The notes under the pieces are model-generated. The model did no database searches and was not told the DNA's origin. It was given only the letters and a program-made list of their open reading frames with translations. A DNA stretch of 63,781 bases, the filler included, from Parasitella parasitica NRRL 2501 (taxonomy: Eukaryota > Fungi > Mucoromycota), in assembly GCA_025201805.1 (NCBI GenBank). It is 8 parts of 8 records of this genome, joined end to end, with 100 filler letters (N's around TTAATTAATTAA, not from the genome) between each part and the next. Parts side by side here need not be neighbours in the genome. Positions count along the whole stretch, not along the records: positions 2,948 to 20,007 come from MU619268.1; positions 20,108 to 41,772 come from MU619457.1; 6 more parts are not named here. One strand, written 5' to 3'. The position numbers and the translations under genes were made by a program. This document shows, piece after piece, positions 10,946 through 23,782 of this stretch; the first letter of the stretch is position 1; each line of letters starts with the position of its first letter.

Positions 10946-13900
10946 CTAGCCGTTTAATCTCGCTACGCTCGATGACGGCGTCGTCCTGCGGGCTCTAACC
11001 GGAAAAAACTTAATACATGCAATAAACCCTTTGATTATAAAATGATATAAAATGAAAATTTATGATACTATATTGAAAAGGATTTTATGTTGATGTGCAT
11101 AAAACCTCAGGATATACTACGTTTTGTGTTTGCGTAGTATTTTCAGGCAGTAGAATTGTCATGCCATTTGCGGATGTTGCTCTAGAGATGGCGAAATAGA
11201 GCTGGCCATGTGTAAAGACAGAATTTCTCAAATCCACAGCGACTTTGTTCAGAGATTGTCCTTGCGACTTGTTGATTGTCATTGCAAAGGACACCTTCAC
11301 TGGGAACTGCTTTCTCGTCAAGATAAAAGGCAATGTGCCAGGCAATGTTGACAATGTAAAGCGAGGAATTAGCTCAACTGCGTTTGATCCTCCAAGAATC
11401 TTGACTTCAAGCACGTATTGTCCAATTTGCTGGATTATGAGCCTTGTGCCATTACATAATCCCCTTTCAGGTTTCAAATTCCTCAAGAGCATGACAGGAA
11501 GGCCTACCTTCAACTCCAGAACTGCTGGCGGCAGCCCCGAAGGTGAAAGAGTTTGTAAATACTCTGAGGGATAGATTTCTACCTGGGCGTTGGTCAGATC
11601 AGACTGGACTGAGTCGGCAGAGTACAAAGTGGCCTTTTCTCCAACCACTTTTTCCATGACCTTGGCGTTGATGGCATCGACATTCTGATTCTTGGAGCAC
11701 AGGATACCTTTCCTTAAAAAAATCACTGTTTTCTAAAGGGCGCTGCAGAATATTTTCAGGGTATGTCTTTAATGAATTGATCGAGATCATCCATTTGCCG
11801 CAAAAAAGAGGGCAGAGCAACAGTACCAATCATCGACGATTCATAAGACATTCTTCCTATCCGGTCAGCGAACCTTCTATCAACTTCATTCGAGTTGGCG
11901 AGCCTCATGTTTTCAGTCAATCGTAATTTCTTCAATTTTGGCCACAATCTAGGAGACATCAAAGAAGCACCAACGATTTCAGGACGACCACCGCTCGTCA
12001 CCACAGGAGGAATCTGTGCAAAATCGCCGCCCAGAACAACAGGAATACCACCAAATAAGACATCATCGCCACAACTACAAATATCACGAAATTTTCTATC
12101 AAGAGCCTCAAAGCAATAACGGTGTTGCGTTGGCACTTCATCCCAGATTATTAGTGCTGCGTTTCGAATGAGATCGGCAAGGTCACTATTTTTTTTTTAT
12201 TTATTGCACAAACAGACTGCTCGTTGAATTTCAATGGAATTGCAAAGCGGAGTGAAAAGTGCGGCCACCAGGCAACAATAGAGCAGCAATACCAGAGGAG
12301 GCAACACACAAAACGATTTTTCCTTGGCTTCTATAATAGTGACAGAGAGTGTTGTAGACGAATGTTTTACCTGTGCCGGCAGGACCTTGCAAAAAGAAAT
12401 GAGAGTTGTTGACGTTGTTGTTAATCGACGAAGTGATTGTGTCAAAAACTTGCTTTTGAGTAGAATTCATTTGAGCATATTTTTGTTGGTACGAATAAGC
12501 CTCTTGATCTTGCAAATACGACATTTCATTGAGAATCAAAGAGTTGCGCTGTATCCCTGTCATTCTATTTATCAAGCCATTCCAATTGAAGAGAGGCAAG
12601 GGCAAATCAAATTGACGCAGAGATCGATCTTGACTGGCAAGAGAATTTTGCAGTAAATATAGACCGTAATCAAGGCTTCTTGTATTGAGGTAAAATTCGG
12701 CGCTAGGATGTGCCGCAAGCAGTAGACTATATCCTTTCTGAACAATTTGATGTTCAAGATCGTCACAAAAGCTTTGGCAAAATCTTTGCCAGATATCTAT
12801 CGGTAAAACCGGTGCATTAAACAGCAATGCAGACACAAACATTGACCTCAAAGAGTATTTTTTTTTGTATGAAATGACCTCAAAGAGTAGCCAGAGGCAA
12901 AAACAGCGGCTTCTTCAAAAGCTCTTGTCCATTCTTGGTCATCCCCAATGAGGTGGAGTAGCATACATGCCTCACGGTAAGTGGCACATGCTTGCCCATT
13001 CACAGTTCTCAATTGAGAAAAAGACGTAGCACCACTGACAACTGTCAAGAGCAAACGAAGGTAATACCTTTCTCCAGCAGCAAGATTACAGTAGTGCATT
13101 CGGCCAATTGACATGCTACCGTTTCCCCTTGGTTTCCACATTTTTGAATTTTGGTGCCATGTCATAAACTCGGGAAAGTGCTGGTAAAGCAATGGTTGAA
13201 AGTTGGCATTATTTTGATTAACATCATTGTATTGAAAATAAGCCATCAGAGTGGAGCGACTCTCTCTTAGTACTTTATCGATTCTTGATTGAGGCCACGA
13301 TGGATCAAAACATACGGGTTGCTCATTTTCCAGGTGAACAGCAAGAGGAGAGACAGATGGGCTTTCTTCGTGCATTGGAAATTCAAACAATCTCCATGCA
13401 GTTTCAACAGGACTGATATAACGACCATTCAGATATTTGGCGACTTCATCATTCTGGTTTGTTGTTGTTGTCGTTTTTAATGTTGTTTGATCAGATCCCT
13501 TGTAGATGTATTTGTTAATGTACTTGATTGCTTGAACACTGGCACAAATTTCCACATTAATATGAGCGTTATATTTCTTTGAAAGATAAGGACTGTATGG
13601 CACAACCCATTCATTCGTCATGTGGAAGTCATGATACACGTTCTGCTCATCTCTGATACGCACTTGGTGGGAGCGGCCATCTCTTCTTCTGCGATACATC
13701 AGATATCTATCTTCAGTTGTTATTGTTGAAGATTGGTATTGCTTTGGAAATTTCTTGGAGCAAACATCATTTCCTAACGCATCCCTCATCATACACGGTG
13801 AGTTCGGGTTCAGACGGCCACAGGGACTATGCATCATATTGCGGGTAACAATAGCATGCAGCTCTGGTTCTTGCACAGCGTCAGTGATTTCAGCCGAAAT

Positions 13901-15892
13901 GATCTGATCGATACATTCGACGCTATCAAACCTGTCTGTTTCGTTTTCAAGGAACAGCAGCATAGGACCATGAGGAAGGCCGCGCTTCTGGTACTCAATG
14001 GTACGCACAATACCCTTATACCTACCAAAAATGTTTCTGGTCTTCAGATCATGAAGGACCTCTCTGTGCTTCAAGTTGAAGACTCGAGCAACCAAGTCAG
14101 GCCGGTCAGCGGCAGTTTGGCCAGGCAACAGCTCATTTTGTATCTCCCTCCAGTTTGGGTTGGCAGTGAAGGTGATGAATAATGTAGGCTTGCCAAAGAA
14201 CCGTGAAATAGTCATTGCATTCTGGTACAGTTGCTGCATGAATCTGGGTCCACCAGTGAAGCTACTTGGCAATATAAAGATCTTTCCAACCATTTCCAAG
14301 TCTGTGTCAGCAGGATTAACAGCATCAGCAAGGCCCTGATAAACATCAGCTCTAAGGCTTGATTGATTTGCCTTGATCCAATCTAGTTTTATTTGCTCAC
14401 AAACTGCCCAAGCATCGATTATTATATTGCTGAAAAAGACGTCTTGATAAAAAAATGATTTTTGACTCATTGTTTCTAACATGTAGTCTGAAGCGGTAAA
14501 ATACTCGTTGAGTAAGTCTCTTTTGTTGTTGTTGTCGACGTTTCCCTTCATGTACTTCTTCCTCTTCATCAATAACCATATCACTAATAGTTCAAGCAGA
14601 TGTTTCCAAGCGACGGCCCCCAATGACACCCATATTCACCTCTTGGGAAAAGCAAGACGTAATGAAGAGGCATGTAGGCAGCATGTGTTTCATTGATTCT
14701 TCTGAAGAGGCCCTGAGCATTATTAGCAGAGTTATTTCGATATGTGAGAAGTATATCTCTGAAACTTCTGTCCGCATACTCATTGGGAATGATTGCTGCA
14801 ATTTCGTTTACAGTTGGGAGATTTTGGGATCGCCTATCTTCACCAACAATTAACTCCATTTGCATTTGAGGGTTGAGCCTGATGTGAGCTTCCTCGTTGA
14901 CATCATCTAAAGCTTGTCTTTCCTCTTCCTCTCTCAAGACTTCGTGAGCGTGCTTGTAGGTGTGGACGAAAGGGTTACCACAAATGTCTGGGTCAGCTAT
15001 CATTTCGCTCAACTGCTCAATAGTTATCGTCTAACCCTTGGTTTCGCTGGTCTGCAGATTGAATTGCAGCAGCATAGTCAGGTCATAAATGTACAGCTGA
15101 TTGTACTTTGGGGGTGCTGTTCAAATTTAAAGGACCTTGAATATGGTACAGTTCGCCATGAACACGAACTGGGGTGATTCCGCCTCTCATTTCTTCTTGT
15201 CTATCTCGCTGAAGTTGATCAGGGCTAGCGTCAGTGCCGAACGAAGTAAATGCAAACAAAGTGTTGTGCTGCCTCATATGTTGCAAGAAATAAGCTGAAC
15301 GTGGATGACTTCCGTTAATCAATCCATTAAGTGGCTCAGGAGGTTCTTGCAGCAAAGGCAACATAGCTACACCTTTTTTGCAGCAAGCGTTGAAGCTATT
15401 GTCGTTTCTAGTTTGATTGGTAGCTCTTTCAGCTTCCCAATGCAAGGCACCACAATTATCACATTCAACATCCATTCTTCCTAAATCAGAAACTCGCATT
15501 CTAGGTGCTCTAGGTGCTCTAGGTGCGGGATTATTAGCTCTACGCTGTCTGGCATAATTTCTTGCTTGTTCCTGAAAAAATAAAGTTTGCTCAATTGTTT
15601 TATTTCACAGATTTATTTGTTTCTTTATAATTACTCGGCATGAATTGCATTTTCTAAAAGAGTAATCTTCAGCAAGTGGAACTCTACAGATTGTACAGTT
15701 TCTAGTTTGAACATGAGGCATAAAGTAAACGTCAAAACTGTATGCAAGTTTTGATGCGTTATGTACACAGACAATATTATAGTAGAGCGTATTATTCCGC
15801 CACCAGATTATTGAGTTAGGAGACAATATGTCTAAAGCTAGTAACTGATTATGTGGGAATTGACGGACATGATTACTTTTATACAATATCGA
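10946..15892 (-). mobile_element. Helitron B, near full-length inactivated element (~4.9 kb)
   Basis: 3' CTAG|T at 10946-10949 with adjacent hairpin; candidate 5' A|TCGATATTGTATAAAAG at 15892; Rep and PIF1 domains inside. Confidence 0.9.
11085..15721 (-). pseudogene. Helitron Rep-helicase (RepHel) with frameshifts and internal deletion
   Basis: N-terminal CxxC..CxxC exon, CDNCGALHW zinc motif, Rep motifs FITFTANPNW, EYQKRGLPHGP and YINKYIYK, Walker [32 protein letters not shown]; split over at least seven ORFs. Confidence 0.95.
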
Positions 15893-17868
15893 TCAATGCT
15901 CAATAGTGTACAAACTAAATAATCTTATACATTTCTAAACAGGGATTACACCATTTAACATATTCAGAACTTCTGAGAACACAATAACTACTTAATAGCT
16001 TATAGTAAAAAGGTAACGAACCCGATGTTAAGGCACACAAAAGAGAAATCCAACAGCCTATCGGATGACCAGATAAAATAAAGTATTAGGTAGGACTTCT
16101 CCGGATATGCAGAATTAGGAAAATATAGGGTTAAAAATCAGATTGTTTGTAACACTACTCTCAATTACTATTGTAATTATATGTCTGATATATTGTATTT
16201 ATAGAATAAAGAATCTTGTTTTATTGATTGCTAAGACTACTATTATTTATACTAATTTACTTTGCGTAGTAACTAACGATTATTAATGTCAAAGTACCAA
16301 TTGATACCAAGATGAATGTACCAGAAGTATTCATCTTGTTATCCTCTATAGGATTGGTACTTTGAGACTTGCTACGCCTTTCTACTCGATTCCAGAATGT
16401 TACTAATTGGGACTCATCCTTGAGGCGCCGACTGTAGCTGGATACACTACAACTATGTATGACAGGGAAACAAGAGATAAAATATATTAGAATTGTAGCA
16501 GTAGAGAAGATATCACCTTTTTATTCTTGAATAAAATTCTTAAGTTCATTCTCATTAATTCTTCAGAGTTATTTTACTATTAAGGCTTAGCAAAATACCA
16601 CACTTATGACCACTCAAATTAAATGAAATTCTGACATCGCTCACATCTTTACCTGTTTCGAGTCTGGCAAATGACAATTGTATGGACTTCTTGTTCAATC
16701 GATCAAAAACCATAGCTCAATAAAGAATTACTCATTACATGCTTGGATTGATCTGTCCAAGCAGACGCTCTTTTGAGAATGCGACATTTGATTTTTATCA
16801 TCCCTGCGTACTGAGTGGATTGCTTTTTTCATTACTATTCTCTGCAATTATAGCCTCTATATTCCTATGACAATGCTAATCTAAATGAATTATCTGCCGA
16901 TCAGAGTTATTTAATATCAAAAGTCCTTGATAACGCGGACACGCCATTGGTAGCGACCAAGTTGTCTTCCTTTTTCGATGGAGAGCGTCAACTTTAGTGA
17001 AGACAACCAACTATGTGCGTTCGAATCTTGCATTTTGCCTCCATTGTTAAGGTGATACAATTTCCAGCACTTTGAATGAACCTGTGCAGCTGAGCGATTG
17101 TACTCGTACTAAACGAGGGATATTCAATGTAGAATCTAATCAGTAGCAAACTCTCGTATCACTTTGTTTAAAGATAAACTATCAAACGTATTCGTGGTAA
17201 AACTACTCTCGGATGCTTGACTCAATCAATCTATGTAGATACTGAGATATTGAGATTGATAGTCCAGAAAGTGAATGCGATCAGAGAGAACTACACAAAA
17301 AGTTGGAGGTAATTGTCTTGTCATCTCATACGATGTTGTATCTTCAAATTGATCAAGAGTAGTAATTGCTTATTATTGAGTCTAAAAGAGGACACTCGAT
17401 ATTGACGAGAAGACTTTCAAGCAATGCCATATTTTATCCTTTACGTGTGTCGGCTGTGTACGTTCTGCATGAGTGTCTAATGCTGTTCGTACCTGTAGGG
17501 AGCAATCCAGTGATAATGATGAAGAGGTAAAGGCTATCGGATACAACAACAGGCCAAAAGTATTAGGTTGTAGCTTATATCTGTGATTATGTTTAATAAA
17601 CGGATTCGAGATACACATATCATATATTATATGATATGTGTACCAGCGAATGGAAACATACATAAATCATAGAAGATGTCGTATACGGTGTTTCCGAGGT
17701 TTTTGTAAAAAGAAAGAACATTTTTTGTAAAAGGTTCTCCCTATTAATGAGGCTGGATCGAGGAATAATTGGGCTAGGTCGGCTGTAGGAACGCTTGCCC
17801 CAGTAGAAATTGAAAAAACTTGTTCTCCATCCCACACCGTTATTGGCGCTTTACACTGTTCTAATGTT

Positions 17869-18050
17869 TGATGTGAACTACTGGCAGTCTTTCACACATC
17901 TTATATGAATTAGCAAGACATTTCTTTATTAAGAACCGTGTCCTTGAGAACAACATTGAACATATATGACAAATATCATCATTAACATTCAACATATAAA
18001 GACAATTGTACACCTTTGTACTCCATATAAACCACAATCGTTACTGCTTT
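17869..18050 (+). repeat. Dispersed LTR-like repeat, homologous to 53364-53560
   Basis: Shared TGATGTGAA..GGCAGTCT..TTCTTTATTAAGAACC(G/A)TGTCCTTGAGAACAA..ATCATTAACATTC; right boundary approximate. Confidence 0.75.
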
Positions 18051-18367
18051 CCCATGAAGCCTAAATTGGAGACAATTTAGTCACTGCATTAGTAACATGA
18101 AATATACAGATTATATTTTATACGAGCTTTTATACACCCCCCGAACTACGGTGAAAATAATCGACCTTCGCTTCGCTACGGTGATATTTTCCGACCTTCG
18201 TTCTTATTGGGGCTACACAGCTCGCGCCTGCAGCGGGCTGTCCCACTTGACACAGTGCTAAATCAAACGAAATAAGAAACAATGAGTGGAAATAACATTT
18301 ACGTATTGTATAAAGATACGATATATTATGATTATTTGGTATTTTTTGTTTAAATCCTCGAAGTTGG

Positions 18368-19620
18368 TTAATTTTGAAAAATCTCAGTATAGACAACGTT
18401 TGATGTACATATACTCCTTCTTGGCTTGGGGTTGATGATGATTGAGATGTCATCTGGCCTTTTAACTCGAGATAGAGCGACATATAATTGGCCATGCGAG
18501 AAAATTGAGACAGGAATATACAGCCCTACAAAGTCCAGAGTTTGACCTTGCGATTTATTTATCGTCATGGCAAAAGCTGGTCTGACAGGGAACTGACAAC
18601 GCTTGAATTCTACGACGACTTGCTCAACTATCGAGTTTAAGGTAACTCTGGGTATGAGCACAACATTGCGTTGATAAGTTCCAGTTGCAACTTCAGCCTG
18701 GATAGTGTTCCTTGTGGATGCTCGACAAATAAGCCTTGTACCATTATACGGTAAACACCATGAGCAGGATCGATGTTTCTGAGCATCATGATTGGCGAGC
18801 CAATTTTCAACTTGAGCTGGTGAGGTGGAAGACTACCACAGTTGAGAAAATTCATGAATTCTGATGGCTGCTCTAAAGCATCGTCTTCACTCAACGCCGT
18901 GTCAGTACTCAGGAATTCAGTGAATTCCCCGGGAAACTTATCAAGCATGAAGTCATTTAATTTAGAAACAAAAGCATTGGTCGGTGTCAGGATAGCCTTC
19001 GACATTAATTGTCGCGGGTGGTATCAGCAGTGAGCGCAAAGTTGTTGTAGACACATACATGTTGGCAAAGGACAGAAATATCATTGCCAGGCAGAAGCAT
19101 ATTTTATTACGGAATACGAATCAAGTCAGCTGTGTTGGGCTGAATAGGGAAGGAGCCATTGCCAATAGCAAGCAAGAAATCAGCAAAAATTTTGTAATGA
19201 GGTGGCCAATGCAGCGTTATGTAATGACATGGCTTGCTAATCTCTCATGCTTGTTGTTAAGCTGAGTACTTGTACATGCAGCCAAAGATTTGAGGTCAGA
19301 ATGCATGCTTGAATGATTTCTTTTTTACTGCCATGAGGAACCATAGGTAAAATTTGACAAAAATTGCCAACAAATACAATAAATTTTCCTCCAAAGGGAA
19401 AATCTGCCTGTCTTTCGTCTATTTAAATATTGCTTCATGACATCTTTAAATGTCCTGTCTACTGTTTCGAGAACATCACGGCTGTTCATCGATGCTTCAT
19501 CCTAGATAAATAAGGCTTGTTCCAAGAGATCTTGGTCTCAAAGAACACACAGATGAATCATTGCAGTTAAGAAAAATTCCAACTCTTGAGTGAGCAGTAT
19601 GGCCATCTTTTAACTGTAAC
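18368..19620 (-). pseudogene. Decayed Helitron PIF1 helicase fragment
   Basis: KAILTPTN, LPPHQLKLKIGSPIM, QFPVRPAFAMTINKSQGQTL, HGQLYVALSRV; several frameshifts. Confidence 0.9.
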
Positions 19621-19658
19621 ACTTGGTGCATGAAAGATGGCATTGAATGAAAAAATAT

Positions 19659-19777
19659 GACTGTTTTTTACGATTCAACTTTAAGCGCTGGAGACTGTTT
19701 TTTACGATTCATTTTTAAGCGCTGAGGACTGTTTTTTACGATTCAATTTTAAGCGCTGAGGACTGTTTTTTACGATT
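19659..19777. repeat. 34-bp minisatellite, 3.5 copies
   Basis: GACTGTTTTTTACGATTCA(A/T)(C/T)TTTAAGCGCTG(GA/AG) units start at 19659, 19693, 19727 and 19761 (partial). Confidence 0.95.
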
Positions 19778-20007
19778 TCTATCATTTTAATATAAGAGAT
19801 ATAAGAGATAAATACATCCAAGATCTTTCAACTTGATGGAGCTTGGCTTACATTTTTAACTTTGAATAAATATCGAAGAATTATAATTGTATGTCCTTTC
19901 CGCTTTTTTATTCTATTTTTTATCGCAATGTTATTCATGCTGTTATGAAGCCACCACCTAAAAAGCAAAAGGGCCCAAAAAGTCAAACATCGAAGACAGC
20001 CAATCCT

Positions 20008-20107
20008 NNNNNNNNNNNNNNNNNNNNNNNNNNNNNNNNNNNNNNNNNNNNTTAATTAATTAANNNNNNNNNNNNNNNNNNNNNNNNNNNNNNNNNNNNN
20101 NNNNNNN
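20008..20107. other. Artificial contig linker
   Basis: Same 100-bp N/TTAATTAATTAA/N block. Confidence 0.97.
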
Positions 20108-20367
20108 TTAATTGAAGGTTGAATCTCATTTCAATTCCAATATTGACACTGACATTCAAATGGAATTGTATAAAGACTTTTAGAAACCAGGACCAGAGCA
20201 ATCCTGGCTTCCTTTTCAATCTTTAATAAATACCCTACGTTCTCCGTGATATAATCGCTTGTAGTCTCTTTATTTAATTGTCTTTGGAAATAATCGTTAT
20301 TCATATAACTCTCAAACATAACGTTTGATTCATACTTTTTTTGTTTTCGATCTTGCAGACCTCAACA
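20108..20367 (+). repeat. 3' part of an LTR-like sequence related to 43294-43505
   Basis: Shares TTTCGATCTTGCAGA(C/T)CTCAACA terminus and CTTTAATAAA signal. Confidence 0.6.
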
Positions 20368-21407
20368 ATTTGTTTTAAGAATGTAGTGTAGATTGTTTTA
20401 GTATATTTAGCTAAAATAAATTATAAAGAGCTTGTAAGCTTTCTTTTAGCGAACAGTAAAATTTAAATTTGATTTCAAAGGAATCATATGAAAATTTACT
20501 AGTATTTTAATCGAATATGATATTTAGCCAATCCACAAGGTATGTCTTTCTGATTTCGTTTAAGGGCTTTCCCATACCTTGGTACAACACTTAGGCTGAG
20601 TGGTGCCATTCTCTTCTATGGCATTGCTTTTCTGTCAGAGCGTATGAAGGAAGATTATTTTCGTGCGTTTTGCATATGATGAATTATCTCTGATGTGAAC
20701 ACTATATGTTGCTGGAGGTTCGCGCCACAATTATCAAGTAGTTTTAATCCGCCAGCCGTGTTTAGAAGATTGATTCGCTTTTTTGTGCATGGATGTCACA
20801 GCATTTGTATCATAGTATTCATATTTGAGCATTCGAGATATAGGGCAACTAAACAGTATACTATTATCTTTTCTTAAAGAATTACGTACATGACATCTAC
20901 ATGCCATATTTAAATTAATCTAGCACGTTTCATATGTATAACATCGCCAAAATTGTATCATTTGGAAAACGTACAAAGAGACACCATGTTAGTACCATTC
21001 TTATTACCTGGGTCTCTATTTCTATGGATGTCATTACTCAATTACCCAGAACCAGAAGAATACATAGAATTATGTGTTCTAGCTGACAAAATTATATAAT
21101 GCTCATTTCGTCGCAATCCCCAGCATTTTAAAACATTGAAAAAGCTGTACCATATAGTGCATCACACGTGTATTACATTATAAGCATGCAAGATGCGAAT
21201 ATATGTATGCGTAATATGTTTTACATTTAGTGATCACATTCTTTGATTTCACGTATGCTGTATACATGCATGCAATTATGTTGTTCAGCAGATAATTATA
21301 CAACTTTTGGGACACATACATGCTTGTTAAAGGAAAATTACATATACACGTATATTATTTGATTAATGTTAATATTAAAAAGTATGTACAACAGCAGCTT
21401 TTTGCTA

Positions 21408-23342
21408 TTATGATTTTTCATTTCGCTCGTCTTCATCGTCACTACCAAGAACAATGGTCTCTGCGTCCGAGTCACCTTCATGATACAGTGTAACTATACA
21501 AATTATAAATTGTCAATAAACAGCTTCGTAGTAAAATATAGTTTGTAATTACCTGAATTAAACTTTGCAAATGGATCTTGCGTATTTACGTTATCAAGGT
21601 TACAGTTAGCAGGAATGGAAATAGCTTCATCAGCGTCCAAGTCCAAACTTGCGCTCTTGTTTGTGAGATGAGAGGGAGGGGGACGATAAAAGTTAGTTGG
21701 AGCTGTTGTTACACCAGGCACAATGGGCGGGGTCATATGTCGAAGTAGAGCAAATTTAAGCGATTTGAAAAAGGGATGAGCCTTCACCTCAGATGCGCCT
21801 GCTTTTGACCCCAGCCTTTTTGCTTCTTGTTTGTCTAACAAACGACGGATTAAGTTTTTGCATGTATTAGAGACCGCCTGCGGCCGTTTTTTATGTGGTG
21901 GAGGAAAACTGATTTCAGAGTTCATGATATGATGAAAGGTTTCATTTCGATTTGGCCCCTTAAATGGTGTTGTACCATACTAACAAACAGAAAACAGAGT
22001 TTAATAAAGGAGATATGTACACTGATAAATATAAATTAGATTATAAATTAAGGAGTCAAACTTACAAGCATTTCGTAGATCAAGATGCCCAATGTCCACC
22101 AATCAACGCTACTTGAGTGGCCCCAGCTACGAATGACTTCTGGAGCAATGTATTCTATTTTGATGTGTGTAAATTGAGTATACATGCCATGAGACCTTGA
22201 TAAACACTCTATTAAATACGCACCTTCTGTCCCAACAAAGCTATTTGTCCGTAAATGTGAAATACAGCTTCTTGTATCGATGGAAGGTGGCTATGTATAT
22301 GTATCCGTCAGTCGAGAGTATCATTTTTGCACATGTTATCAACTTACAATATGCGGGGAATTTGACTTTACAATACCAGGTGGTCCGGGTGGAAATGATT
22401 GTTTACTCAGATCAAAATCTGACAGCATGAGATGACCGCTTTGGTGTAATAGAATATCTATTAATTGATGGTTAATAAACATGTGTATATGTATATTAAT
22501 CGTATAAACGCACTTTCAGGCTTCAAATCCCTGTAAATGAATCCTTGCAAATGTAGATATTCAAGAGCGGCAATGACTTCGGCAGCATAAAACTTGGCAC
22601 CTTCTTCAGTGAGACATTTGCCAGGCCTTGATTGTAGTGCTCTAAAGAATTCGCCACCAAGGCAATACTCCATCACAAAATACAGATGATCTTGGCTCTG
22701 AAATGAGTGGTACAGAGATACAATAAATGGGTGATTTGCACTGGACAGGATCTCTTGCTCTGCAAGCACTCGTTTGACTTTATTTCGTCTCAGCATTTCT
22801 TTTTTTGATAGTACTTTCATTGCCATGGTTCTGTCTGTTCCCTTCTGTTTGACAAGGTACACTCGGCCTACATCCCCTTTCCCAAGCATGCGGATTTTGG
22901 AAAAGCTGCTAGGCCCGACTTCAACTTGTCTTATCTTAACACTATTGGCAGCGTAGGATCGACGATTGATGTTCTTTGTAGCTGACAAGACCTTGCGATC
23001 AAGTGCATATAAAGAAGGCGCAGGTTTTTTAATCATGTCATCTATGATAGTGGGTGGTATAGCAGGTGTTGGTGGCGGTGATTTATTATTGCTGTTGAAA
23101 CTAAGGCTGCTACAATTACTGCTATTATTTACAATGGTAGTTACTGATGATGAAAACCAGCTGTTGCTTTTAAAGCCTTTTTGGTGCTGTAAATCACCAT
23201 AATCATTTGGCAAAGTGAATTCATTGATCGTCGTGCTTGTTGAGTTACTGTTGCTGTAATATTTACTAGGTGAGAAGAATGATCTTATACGGTGGAAATG
23301 GGGGGTCCCATAAGACGAAGGTGATGTTATAGGTGCTTCCAT
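21408..23342 (-). CDS. AGC-family Ser/Thr kinase, nrc-2/Kin82/Fpk1 (flippase kinase) type, about 6 exons
   Basis: [72 protein letters not shown]; GT-AG introns; stop at 21408-21410. Confidence 0.92.
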
Positions 23343-23782
23343 TTTTCTTAATCTTCTTGTATATAATTGATAAATTGAGAGAAACAAGGAAAAGATCAAG
23401 CATTAAAAGATACAAGTTTTTTTAAAAAGACATTTTGAATTAACTCCTATCTTTTCATTAGAGTTTCTTTTAATAAGGGGATACAAAAGGGGAGATAATT
23501 TTTATGTACAGAGGGAGCTTTTTTGTCTCTCTATATTATTTCTGTTGCAAAATGAACTCCTTGATTTACTTGCCTTCAAATCAATAATTATATTGTCAAA
23601 TGAAGATAATTTATTTACTTGTTATTAAACGACATCAAGGAACGATGGAAATTTATACTTGTATAGAACAAAAAAAAAAAGCTATATTATTAAGATAGTA
23701 AAAGTGAATAAAGTGAGGAGAGACGATTATTTATGATACATGACAAAACTTATATAAAAGGGGAGAGAGTATAAAAAAAAAA

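Larger units (their letters stand above)
18123..19808 (-). mobile_element. Helitron C, non-autonomous deletion derivative with both termini (~1.69 kb)
   Basis: 5' A|TCTCTTATATCTCTTATATTAAAA at 19808; 3' hairpin with CTCG|T at 18123; decayed PIF1 helicase inside. Confidence 0.8.

Noticed and set aside
16990-17110. Possible integrase GPF-like remnant (CTGSFKVLEIVSP, minus strand)
   Set aside because: Too short and degraded to support a feature call.
19659-19777. CRISPR-like 34-bp repeats
   Set aside because: Units are contiguous with no unique spacers, there are no cas genes, and the context is eukaryotic.
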